45,258 bases of DNA, taken from the NCBI GenBank assembly GCA_041613315.1, contig JBFJHJ010000028.1:1-45258 (forward strand), written 5' to 3'. Below, one piece after another: positions 28,134-37,096 of the stretch. The notes under the pieces are model-generated. The model was not told where the DNA came from and did not search any database. It was given only the letters and a program-made list of their open reading frames with translations. The position numbers and the translations under genes are program-made. The stretch comes from Gemmatimonadales bacterium (lineage in GTDB: Bacteria; Gemmatimonadota; Gemmatimonadetes; Gemmatimonadales; GWC2-71-9). The stretch's first letter is position 1, and every line of letters starts with the position of its first letter.

Positions 28134-29222
28134 TTACACGAGCATGCGGAGCCGGCGCAGCGCGGGCTCCCGTTCCTCGGCCGCTCCGTCTCGCCGCTCC
28201 GCTTGCCGCAGCAGCCGCCAGATCTCCCGGCCCAGCACGTCCACGTCCGTGGACATGAACTGCTCGCCGCCGAACGCCTGGATCGTGCGGGACTGGAGCG
28301 CCAGGATCTCCGCATCCTGCCGGAAGATCTTCATGGCCAGCGGGTGGAGGAACGGCCGGATGAGTGCGCCCGGCAGGCGCAGGCAAAAACTGATCACGGC
28401 GAACATCCGGGTGACGAAATCCGTGACCGGCGACATCGCCGTCGTGATCACCACGTGATTCTCGGACCCGAGGCGGTACTCGACCTGGGCGATCGACGGC
28501 AGGAAGAACCGGTCCCAGTGCTCGACCACCCCGCCGCTCGGCGACAGCAGTCGGGCCGCGAACCCGGGCGGACGCGGCTCGCCGATGTAGCACGCCTCGA
28601 CGCGGTCCCGCCAGCGGCGCACCTCGACGTCAATGAGAATCGGCGCGCGAGATCCGCCGCGAAACAGCCCGCGGTGCAGGAACGCCGTGTGCGGCACGTC
28701 GAGCGCGTTTTCGGCCGCGGCGTGAACGGTGGCGGCGACCTCCACCTCCTGCACGACGCTGGTGTAGCCCGGTCGAGCCGCGAGCGGCAGGGCGAACGGC
28801 TCCGACGACGGCTCGACGTCCGGCGTCGCGAACACCCACACGAACCCGTCGCGTTCCCGCACGGGAAAGGCCTCGGCGCGCCGCCCCCTCGCTTCGCCCG
28901 GCGCGGGGAGCCCCGGAACCCGGAGGCACGCGCCGCGCACGTCGAACTCCCAGCCGTGATACCGACACTGCAGGTGCCCCGAGGGCAACACCCGGCCCTC
29001 GGACAGGGGGATGTTGCGGTGGGGACACCGATCGAGCAGCGCTCCCACACTGCCCCCCGCGTCGCGGAACACGACGATCGGGATGCCGAGAACCGTACGG
29101 CGCAGCGGTGACCGGCGGAGGTCCCGCGAGCGGCACGCGATGTACCAGTACTCCGCCAGCCGTGCGACCGAGATGTGGCCGCGCGTGTCCGGCGGCCGCA
29201 GCTGGCGCTCGAGCTCGGTCAT
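28134..29222 (-). CDS. Rieske non-heme iron oxygenase alpha subunit (VanA/O-demethylase-like)
   Basis: Rieske motif DRCPHR...QCRYHGW and mononuclear-iron motif ENALDVPHTAFLH...QD. Confidence 0.92.
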   Translation of the reverse strand: MTELERQLRPPDTRGHISVARLAEYWYIACRSRDLRRSPLRRTVLGIPIVVFRDAGGSVGALLDRCPHRNIPLSEGRVLPSGHLQCRYHGWEFDVRGACLRVPGLPAPGEARGRRAEAFPVRERDGFVWVFATPDVEPSSEPFALPLAARPGYTSVVQEVEVAATVHAAAENALDVPHTAFLHRGLFRGGSRAPILIDVEVRRWRDRVEACYIGEPRPPGFAARLLSPSGGVVEHWDRFFLPSIAQVEYRLGSENHVVITTAMSPVTDFVTRMFAVISFCLRLPGALIRPFLHPLAMKIFRQDAEILALQSRTIQAFGGEQFMSTDVDVLGREIWRLLRQAERRDGAAEEREPALRRLRMLV

Positions 29223-29267
29223 GCCGTGGATGCCTGCATCGTGAGCCTCCACCGCAGGACGCTCGTC

Positions 29268-29398
29268 CGGACGGGCGATCGGGCGGTCAGGCGGTCGGTA
29301 AGCTCGTGGACGCTCCCGTCTCTGGCTTGCGGCGTTCCCCGCTCTACTCGCGAGCCTTCCCCCACGACCGCCTGTCCGCCGACCCGCCTGCCCGCCCG
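29268..29398. repeat. Inverted pair of degenerate 8-bp tandem arrays (CAGGCGGT / ACCGCCTG type)
   Basis: Left arm CGGGCGAT-CGGGCGGT-CAGGCGGT-CG and right arm CG-ACCGCCTG-TCCGCCGA-CCCGCCTG-CCCGCCCG, about 65 bp apart in an intergenic region. Confidence 0.7.
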
Positions 29399-29400
29399 CA

Positions 29401-32400
29401 CTATCTGATCCCCGCCGCCGCCGTTGGCGTCTCCTCCCCCTGCCAATAGAACGGCCCGGCCTTGCGCTCCCTGGGCCAGATCTCGTCCAGCGTGTTCCCG
29501 TCATACAGCCGGCCGTTCTTCATCACGTAGCGGATCGTGTTCGTGTTGCGAATGTCGTCGAGCGGATTCCGTTCGAGCACCAGGAGATCCGCGAGCTTGC
29601 CGGCCGCGAGCGACCCGACATCCTGGTCCAGCCCGATCGCCCGTGCGCCCAGGATCGTCGCTACCCGCAATGCTTCGTGCGGGGTCAGGCCGCCCGATTG
29701 CATGCTCCACAGCTCCCAGTGGTACCCCAGCCCCTGGAGCTGGCCGTGGCTCCCCACACCGGCCACCCCGCCCGCGTGCACGATGTCCGCCGCCAGCCGC
29801 GCCACGCGATCCATGGTATGCACCCTGGAATGGAACCAGCCGGCGTTCCGGCGCAGCGCTTTCGACTGCAGCTCCTCGAACGGCGTAAAGCGTCGGAGCT
29901 TCGCGTCGTCGAACGGGTTCTGCGCCGCGTACCAGTAATTCTCCGCCCAGGGACCGCCGTAGGTCACGAGGATGGTCGGCGTATAGGCCGTCCCCGCCGC
30001 CACGTACAGCCGCACCACGTCTTCGTAGAACGGGAAGCCCGGCGTGTTGTGCTCTTGCCCGGGGTAGCCGTCGATCGCCATCGTGAGATCCATCGCGTAG
30101 TCCAGCGCCCCTTCGGTGGTCGGCTTGATCCCGACCTCGCGCGCGGCGTCGATGATCCACTGACGCTGCTCCCGGTTCCCCGCGACGTACATCTTGATGG
30201 TCTTGGTGTCGTAGTAGTCGCTGTAGCGCCGCAGCACGTCGAGCGCGTGCTCTCGGCTCGTGATGTGCTCGGCGAAGAAGACGCCGGGCCCGGTCGAGTA
30301 CATGCGGGGCCCGAGGATCGTGCCCGCCCGAGCGAGATCCTCGTAGGTGAGGACATCGGTCGTGGCCGTCTGCGGATCGCGGGTCGTCGTCACCCCATAC
30401 GCCAGGTTCGCCACGTACGACCAGATCTCACGCCGGTGGATCTCCGCCGCCGCCCGGAGGTGCGCGTGCGTATCCACGAACCCGGGGACGATCGTCGTGC
30501 CGCCGACATCGAGGATGCGCGCGCCCGCGGGCACCGTGACCTGGCTCCGGGGCCCGATCGCCGCGATTCGATTGTGGCGGATCACCACGTCGGCGTCTTC
30601 GATGACCTCGTCGTCCTGCATGGTCACGACGCGCGCGCCACGAAGCACCGTCGTCCCCTGGGGAATGTCGCGCGGCACACGGATCTCGACCCGCGTCTCG
30701 GCCGGCTCGTACCGGGCCTTCTTCTTGTCGCCCTCGTTCTTCGCCTCGCTGGTATCCCCCGCCGCGCGGGCCTTCTCCGCCGCCTTGACGCTGTCTTCGA
30801 ACGCCTTCGCCGCAGCCAGGTCGTAGACGACGTGCGCGTTGCCGATCGACCAGTGCACGGTGCGGCCGCCCCGGCTCCAAACTGGGAACTGTCCGCCCAC
30901 GCGCGTGAGTTTGCGTGCGGGGAACGCCGCGTTCTCGGGGTTGGCGACCGAGATCGTCGGCGTCTCGCCGCCCACCATCGGCACCGTCACCACGTACAGA
31001 TCGTTCACCACCTGCGCGAGCGCACGGTCACCGGCGGGCGACGTGAGAATCAGCGACGCCCGGATCGCCTGCGTCGCGTTGGGCGGCTTGTACCCCGTCA
31101 CCTTTACATGCGCCTTCCGGTCCGTTCCGTCCCACCGCAACGAAATCAACCCGTCCTCGACGCTATAGGCGTAAATCCGCTCGGCGTCCCGCGCGAAGTG
31201 CGGCGCCGTAAAATCCACGGGGGCGATCACGGTGGCCGCGCCGCCGTCGGCGGAGATCCACACGAGATCCTGCGCTCCGCCGGGCACGCCGCGCGTGAGC
31301 GCTTCCTCGAACGCGCGCGCCGGGCCGCGGATCGCGACGATCCGCCGACTATCCGGCGCCCACGCCGGCTGCTGGTACAATGCCGCCATCGTGGTGAGTT
31401 GCTGCGGGCGTCCCCGCCCGTCGGCCCGCACCTTGAGGAGATGCCCGCCGTCCCGCGAGGTGGCGGTCACGTAGGCGAGCCACCGCCCGTCGGGCGACCA
31501 CGTGGGCTGATGCTCAGGCACGTCCCCTTCCGTCAGCGCGCGCGGCGTGCCGGCCGGGTAGTCCATCACGTACAGGCGACCGAGCACGGTGAACGCGAGG
31601 CGCGAGCCGTCCGGCGAGGGCACCGCGTCCCGGATCTGCCGCGCGACGAACGCCGCCGAATCCGAGATCGCATAGTCGAAGTCGACCACGGGCCCCAGGT
31701 CCAAATTGACGTCCACCTCGAAGGGGATCTCGATCGGCGGGCTGCCGTCCACCGGGACGCGCCAGATCTTCCCGCCGTACGAGACCACCACTGCCTTCGA
31801 GTCCGGCGTGAAGGACATGCCGGGGAGCGCGTCCCGCGACGCGACAGCCTCCTGCTCGTCCCGCTGCACGGGATGCGCGAGCCACCGCTCCGCCCCGGTC
31901 GTGAGGTCGCGGATCCGCAGGCCGGTCTCGTCCACGTGGCGCGTGCCGTACACGAGCCACCGGCCGTCCGGTGACAACGTGGGTCGCACCGCCCCACCGT
32001 ACCGGTTCGAGCGCGTGGCCCGCTCGCCCGTCTCCCGGTCGTAGACCGCGAGATCCCACTCGCCCATGGGGGAGTTGTACGTCCAGGTGCTCCGACGCTG
32101 GGCAAACCAGATGTAACGCGGGTCCGGACCGAAGGCCGCGCCCATCGTCCGCAGGTTGTCGGGCTTGTCGATCAGCGTCGTGCCCGATCCACCGTCGCTG
32201 TGCAGCAAGTGCAGCCGGCCGGGCCCCTGCGCGTCGCGCGTCACGACGATGTAGCTCCCGTCCGGCGTCCATTCCGGCGACTGGTACCCACTGTCCTTTC
32301 CCTTGGTCACCTGCACCGTGTCGCGCTTGTCCAACGACATGATCCACACGCCGGGCCCGCCGCCCCGGTCCGAGACGAACGCCACGCGTCGGCCGTCGGG

Positions 32401-32730
32401 GCTGAACCGTGGTTGGGCGTCGAACGCCATCCCCTGCGTGAGCGGCGTCGCCTTGCCGCCCGCAAAGGGCATCGTGTAGAGGTCGCCCAATAGATCGAAC
32501 ACGATCGTGCGTCCGTCGGGGCTCACGTCCAGCGAGATCCACGAACCCTGACGCGCGGTGAACTGGAGCGTGCGCGCGGGTGCGAGCGGGAGGCCTTCCT
32601 GCCGGGGGTTCTTCTTCTTCGCCGCCGTGTCGGCGGACTCGGGCTCTTGGGCCGCCAGGCCCACCGGTGGAGCGAGCGGGAGCGCCAGGGCGACGCCGAA
32701 CGCCAGCGCGCGTACCAGTTGTGCGGTCAT
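29401..32730 (-). CDS. Exported amidohydrolase-family protein with N-terminal TolB/PD40 beta-propeller repeats
   Basis: SPDG repeats followed by PGFVDTHAH, YGVTT, EH, GSHGQLQGLG and GSLAAGKLADL. Confidence 0.92.
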   Translation of the reverse strand: MTAQLVRALAFGVALALPLAPPVGLAAQEPESADTAAKKKNPRQEGLPLAPARTLQFTARQGSWISLDVSPDGRTIVFDLLGDLYTMPFAGGKATPLTQGMAFDAQPRFSPDGRRVAFVSDRGGGPGVWIMSLDKRDTVQVTKGKDSGYQSPEWTPDGSYIVVTRDAQGPGRLHLLHSDGGSGTTLIDKPDNLRTMGAAFGPDPRYIWFAQRRSTWTYNSPMGEWDLAVYDRETGERATRSNRYGGAVRPTLSPDGRWLVYGTRHVDETGLRIRDLTTGAERWLAHPVQRDEQEAVASRDALPGMSFTPDSKAVVVSYGGKIWRVPVDGSPPIEIPFEVDVNLDLGPVVDFDYAISDSAAFVARQIRDAVPSPDGSRLAFTVLGRLYVMDYPAGTPRALTEGDVPEHQPTWSPDGRWLAYVTATSRDGGHLLKVRADGRGRPQQLTTMAALYQQPAWAPDSRRIVAIRGPARAFEEALTRGVPGGAQDLVWISADGGAATVIAPVDFTAPHFARDAERIYAYSVEDGLISLRWDGTDRKAHVKVTGYKPPNATQAIRASLILTSPAGDRALAQVVNDLYVVTVPMVGGETPTISVANPENAAFPARKLTRVGGQFPVWSRGGRTVHWSIGNAHVVYDLAAAKAFEDSVKAAEKARAAGDTSEAKNEGDKKKARYEPAETRVEIRVPRDIPQGTTVLRGARVVTMQDDEVIEDADVVIRHNRIAAIGPRSQVTVPAGARILDVGGTTIVPGFVDTHAHLRAAAEIHRREIWSYVANLAYGVTTTRDPQTATTDVLTYEDLARAGTILGPRMYSTGPGVFFAEHITSREHALDVLRRYSDYYDTKTIKMYVAGNREQRQWIIDAAREVGIKPTTEGALDYAMDLTMAIDGYPGQEHNTPGFPFYEDVVRLYVAAGTAYTPTILVTYGGPWAENYWYAAQNPFDDAKLRRFTPFEELQSKALRRNAGWFHSRVHTMDRVARLAADIVHAGGVAGVGSHGQLQGLGYHWELWSMQSGGLTPHEALRVATILGARAIGLDQDVGSLAAGKLADLLVLERNPLDDIRNTNTIRYVMKNGRLYDGNTLDEIWPRERKAGPFYWQGEETPTAAAGIR

Positions 32731-32938
32731 CGGGCGAATCTCCCTGTGAGGCACGGCCGTCGGAGCGGGAAACGGGCAATCTAGCGCGCCGGGGAGGCCG
32801 TGGGCCAGCGCGCCGTCCGGCCGTGCGGTGTCTCAGACTGCACCGTCCTCCTCCCGGTTGGATGCCGCCCGTCGGCGGACCGTTGCGCGCGCTGCGGCCC
32901 CGATGCAAGCTCCATAGTGCGACACTCTGGAGACCGAC

Positions 32939-33772
32939 ATGCCGAAAGCGAAAGCGACACCCAAGTCCAAGACCGCCAAGACCCCCAAGACCCCGAAGAC
33001 GCGAACCGACCCCCGCGGTCGCTTCGTCTGGTACGAGCTGTTGACGTCCGACCCTGACGCCGCGCGGCGGTTCTACGGCGCGATCGTCGGGTGGGGCACG
33101 CGAGCCTGGGAAGGCGACGCGTCGTACGTGATGTGGACCAACAACGATGAGCCGTTGGGCGCCGTGATGGCGCTCCCGGCCGAGGTCAAGCAGGCGGGCA
33201 TTCCGCCGCACTGGCTGGCGTACGTTGGTACGCCCGACGTTGACGCCACGGCGAAGCAGGCCAAGACGCTCGGCGGCAAGGTCCTCAAGGCGCCCGTTGA
33301 CATACCGACGGTTGGGCGCTTTGCGGTTCTGGCCGACCCGCAGGGCGCCGTGTTCGCCGCCTTCACTCCCCTCGGCGAGACCCCGGGGCACGACGGACCG
33401 CCCCAGCGGGGCGAGTTTTCGTGGGTCGAGCTCGCGACCACCGACCACACCGCCGCGTTCGACTTCTACCACGCGCTCTTCGGCTGGCAGAAGACCGACG
33501 CGATGGACATGGGCGAGGCGGGAGTCTATCAGATGTACGGCCGCAAGGGGCGCTCGCTGGGCGGGATGTTCAACAAGCCGCCGGAGATGCCGGGACCGGC
33601 CTGGTTATGCTATGCGATGGTGGCGAGTGCCGACGCCGCGGCGGAAAAAGTGAAGACGCTGGGCGGCAAGGTGCTGAACGGGCCGATGGACGTGCCGGGC
33701 GGCGGCCGCATCGCGCAGTGCCTGGATTCCCAGGGCGCCGCGTTCGCAGTGCACTCGAGCGCCACCGGATAG
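32939..33772 (+). CDS. Two-domain VOC (glyoxalase/bleomycin-resistance) protein
   Basis: FVWYELLTSD...FY and FSWVELATTD...FY duplicated, with DPQGA and DSQGA. GGAG RBS. Confidence 0.92.
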   Translation: MPKAKATPKSKTAKTPKTPKTRTDPRGRFVWYELLTSDPDAARRFYGAIVGWGTRAWEGDASYVMWTNNDEPLGAVMALPAEVKQAGIPPHWLAYVGTPDVDATAKQAKTLGGKVLKAPVDIPTVGRFAVLADPQGAVFAAFTPLGETPGHDGPPQRGEFSWVELATTDHTAAFDFYHALFGWQKTDAMDMGEAGVYQMYGRKGRSLGGMFNKPPEMPGPAWLCYAMVASADAAAEKVKTLGGKVLNGPMDVPGGGRIAQCLDSQGAAFAVHSSATG

Positions 33773-34083
33773 TCGCGGGGGAACCCGTCACGGGGACGTG
33801 GGTTCCAGAAACCGTGGGCTTTGACCGGAGACGGCGTGTCATGTCGTCGCTGACGCTGCGCGCTGCGGTGGCGCCCCTCGCCCTGGCCGCGTTGGCAGGT
33901 GCCGACGAGAACAACCTCGCTCTCTCGATGTTCAGGGTGTGGTCGGGACTGAGGGTCTGGTCGGGACTGTAGAACCGCCCGCAGCGATACACCGGCCGCG
34001 CTGCGCTCGTCGACCGAGCCGTGCTACAGTCGTGCGGCGAGGGACGCGGGCACCGGACGCTCAACTCGGCCACCTGGCCCGCG

Positions 34084-35601
34084 TCACTCGGACGCGGGCC
34101 CAATCGGCGGCGGGAGCGCCGCGGCCCGTCGCCGCAGCACGGCGGGCAGCCCCACGCTGGCGGCCGCCAGCGCCCAGAGCGCCACCGCGAGCGGACTCGA
34201 GAACAGGATACCCCATTCCCCCCCCGAGAGCGCCAGGGCCCGCCGCAGGTTGGTCTCCATCAGGGGACCCAACACCAGGGCGAGGATCACCGGCGCGAGC
34301 GGGAAGCCGGTCTTCCGCATCGCGTACCCCACCACCCCGAACCCCGCCATCAGCACGATATCGAACGCGGTATTGTTCACGGCGTACACGGCGACGAAGC
34401 TGAGGGCCGCCACCGCCGGGAAGAGAAACCAGCGCGGCAGCTTCAGGATCCGCACAAAGATCCCCACGAGCGGCAAGTTGAGCATCAGGAGCACCAGGTT
34501 CCCGATGTACATCGAGGCCGCGAGGCCCCAAAAGATCTCGGGGCTGCGCTCGATCAGCAGGGGACCTGGCGTCACGTTCATGCCGAGCAGCGCGCCCAAC
34601 ATGACCGCAGTCGTCCCGCTACCGGGCACACCGAGCGTGAGGAGCGGGATCATGGCGCCGGTCGCCGCCGCGTTGTTGGCGGCCTCCGGCGCCGCGACGC
34701 CACGGATATCTCCCTGGCCGAACGATCCGTGTGCCCCGGCGACCCGCTCCTCCGCCGCATAGGCGACGAAGCTGGCGATCGTGCCGCCCGCACCGGGCAG
34801 CACGCCCACGACGAATCCGATCACGCTTCCGCGGACCATCGTCCACGCCGTGTGCGACAGCTCGCGCGCGCTCATGAAGACGCGGCCCACCGAGGTGACC
34901 GCCGCGCGGCCCGGTCCCGTCTGTTCCAACAGCAGCAGCACCTCGCTCACCGCGAAGAGGCCGATGGTCACCACGACGAAATCGAGGCCGTCCAGGAGCT
35001 TGAGCTGACCGAACGTGAAGCGAGGCACCGCGCTATGGGGATCCAGGCCGACGGTGCCCAGCAGGAGCCCGAACGCCGTGGCGGCGATCCCTTTCGCCAG
35101 GTGCCGCCCGGCCAAGCTCGACAGCGCGGCGAAGGCGAACAGCATCAGCGCGAAGTACTCGGCGGGACCGAAGCGGATCGCCCACCGTGCGAGCGCGGGC
35201 GCCAGAAGCGCGAGCCCGAAGATCGACAGCGTTCCGCCGGCGAACGAGGCGACCGCCGCGCTCGCGAGCGCGGGCCCGGCGCGCCCCTGTCGCGTCATCG
35301 CGTAGCCATCCAGCGCCGTCACCACCGCCGACGCGGTGCCCGGCACGTTCAGCAGGATCGTGCTGATGGAGTTGCCGTACTGCGAGCCGTAGTAGATCCC
35401 CGCGAGCAGGATCAGCGCGGAGGCGGGAGCGATCCCGGCGGCAAACGTGATCGGGATGAGGATCGCGATGGCGTTGATCGGCCCGATGCCCGGCAACAGG
35501 CCGACGACCGTGCCGATCACGACGCCCGCCACCGCCAAGAAGAGGTTGATCGGCTGGAGCGCGAACGCAAAGCCGTCAGCCAGGTGCAGGATGGCGTCCA
35601 C
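34084..35601 (-). CDS. tctA: Tripartite tricarboxylate transporter large permease
   Basis: Motifs GLLPGIGP, YYGSQYG, NVPG, DGY, GVLPGAGGTIASF, APEAANNA and LTLGVPGS. Confidence 0.95.
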   Translation of the reverse strand: MDAILHLADGFAFALQPINLFLAVAGVVIGTVVGLLPGIGPINAIAILIPITFAAGIAPASALILLAGIYYGSQYGNSISTILLNVPGTASAVVTALDGYAMTRQGRAGPALASAAVASFAGGTLSIFGLALLAPALARWAIRFGPAEYFALMLFAFAALSSLAGRHLAKGIAATAFGLLLGTVGLDPHSAVPRFTFGQLKLLDGLDFVVVTIGLFAVSEVLLLLEQTGPGRAAVTSVGRVFMSARELSHTAWTMVRGSVIGFVVGVLPGAGGTIASFVAYAAEERVAGAHGSFGQGDIRGVAAPEAANNAAATGAMIPLLTLGVPGSGTTAVMLGALLGMNVTPGPLLIERSPEIFWGLAASMYIGNLVLLMLNLPLVGIFVRILKLPRWFLFPAVAALSFVAVYAVNNTAFDIVLMAGFGVVGYAMRKTGFPLAPVILALVLGPLMETNLRRALALSGGEWGILFSSPLAVALWALAAASVGLPAVLRRRAAALPPPIGPASE

Positions 35602-36060
35602 TCAGCGGCTCCAGGCGGTGAAGAGCGTCCCGGTCGGGAGCGAGAGCGCGAGGCCGTAGACGAAGGCGAGATAGAGCGTCGCGCTGAACGCCGCGGCCGC
35701 GAGCACGCTGCGCCACGGGCGCCCGCCGAACGCGCGGGAGAGGAGCGTCACTTCGAGCGTCGTCGCGAGGACGAAGCCGAGCGGCGCGAGCAGCGCCGCG
35801 TAGGCGAGAAAGCTGACGGTGGCCAGCGTGAGCCGGCGCCACCCGCCGACGCGGGGCCAAACCACCGCGGCGGCGGCGGGCCGCGCCAGGAGAGCGACGC
35901 CCGCCGTGCCCAGCAGCAGGGCGGCGAGCCATGGAAACGCACGCGGCCCGACCGGGTCGGTCAGGAACTCGACGCGGAACCCGCGCGCCTCGAAAGCCAC
36001 CGCGACCGCCAGCACGAGCAGCGCCGCCCCCGCGAGCGTGTCGCCCCGGGGTCGTGTCAC
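35602..36060 (-). CDS. tctB: Tripartite tricarboxylate transporter small permease
   Basis: Motifs DPVGPRAFP, LGF and LSLP, with 4-5 TM helices. GTGA overlap with the tctC stop. Confidence 0.88.
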   Translation of the reverse strand: MTRPRGDTLAGAALLVLAVAVAFEARGFRVEFLTDPVGPRAFPWLAALLLGTAGVALLARPAAAAVVWPRVGGWRRLTLATVSFLAYAALLAPLGFVLATTLEVTLLSRAFGGRPWRSVLAAAAFSATLYLAFVYGLALSLPTGTLFTAWSR

Positions 36061-37037
36061 TTGATCAAGCCGATCTCTATGGCCAAGGCGCGGAACTCCG
36101 CCACTTGCTCGTGCACGAAGGCCTCGAACTCCGGGCCCGCGCGGAAGAACGGCCGCAGGCGGTTCACGCGGCGCGCGTGTACCCAGGCGTCCGATTCGGC
36201 GACCCGGGTCATCGCCCGCACCCACCAGCCGTACGCCGAGTCGCTGATGCCGGCCGGCACGTAGAAGCCGCGCCAGGTGATCCACTCGACATCGTAGCCC
36301 GCTTCCCGGGCGGTAGGTACGTCGGCGAAGGCGCCGTCCAGGCGCTCCGGGGCGAGCACGGTGAGCAGCCGGATCGTCCCCGCCTCGAGCTGGCCCTCGA
36401 TCTCCGACAGCTCGCCCGAGAACACCCGGACGAACCCGCCGAGCAACGCGGTCATCGCCTCACCGCCGCCGTCGAACGGGACATAGCGCACGCGGCGCGG
36501 GTCGATCCCCGCGCGCCGGGCGAGCAGCAGGACCTTCATGTGGTCCTGCCCCGCGACGGCGCTCCCGCCGCCGAAGGCCACGGCCTCGGGCCGCGCACGC
36601 CACGCCGCAACGAACGTCTCGAGATCGGCCCACGGGGCGTCCCGCCCCACCGCGAGCACGCCGTACTCCGCGCCCAGCGCGGCGAGCCACCGGACGTCAC
36701 GTTCGGTGAGGCGGCTGTACTGCCGCTCCGCCAGGCGGAGCGTGGTGGCGGGGCTCGCGGCGATGACGACCCGCGCGTCACCGGACCGCTGGGCCACCGC
36801 GTGGGCGAAGGCGATCCCGCCGCCCGCGCCCGGCATGTTGGTCACACGCAGCGCGCCGGGCACAAGGTCGAGCTCGGCCAGCACGGTGCCCAGCACGCGG
36901 CAGGTCCGGTCCCACCCGCCGCCCGGATTCGCGGGCGCGATGCACTCGTAGCCGCGCCGCGCCGAGACGTCGGCGCACGCGGACACGGCGAGCCAGACGG
37001 CCACCGCGACACCTGCCGGGCCGACGCGATGCGGCAT
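36057..37037 (-). CDS. tctC: Tripartite tricarboxylate transporter substrate-binding (Bug/TctC) lipoprotein
   Basis: Motifs CIAPANPGGGWD, NMPGAGG, FDGGGEAMTALLGG, VPT and WRG. Lipobox VSA-C. Confidence 0.92.
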   Translation of the reverse strand: MPHRVGPAGVAVAVWLAVSACADVSARRGYECIAPANPGGGWDRTCRVLGTVLAELDLVPGALRVTNMPGAGGGIAFAHAVAQRSGDARVVIAASPATTLRLAERQYSRLTERDVRWLAALGAEYGVLAVGRDAPWADLETFVAAWRARPEAVAFGGGSAVAGQDHMKVLLLARRAGIDPRRVRYVPFDGGGEAMTALLGGFVRVFSGELSEIEGQLEAGTIRLLTVLAPERLDGAFADVPTAREAGYDVEWITWRGFYVPAGISDSAYGWWVRAMTRVAESDAWVHARRVNRLRPFFRAGPEFEAFVHEQVAEFRALAIEIGLIK

Positions 37038-37096
37038 GACGTCTCCGAATGGGATGTGGACGAATTGTTCCGCGCGAGGCGCGGGTCGGCAAGGCC

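Noticed and set aside
33895..33930. tmRNA tag-like peptide (ADENNLAL)
   Set aside because: It has no terminal LAA-stop and no tRNA-like ends, so the resemblance is probably chance.
29677..36264. Long alternative ORFs such as 29677-31974(+), 31514-33472(-), 34021-36264(+), and similarly 1669-3330 and 10877-12790
   Set aside because: They are Arg/Pro/Gly-rich shadow frames overlapping well-supported genes, as expected from stop-codon scarcity in high-GC DNA.
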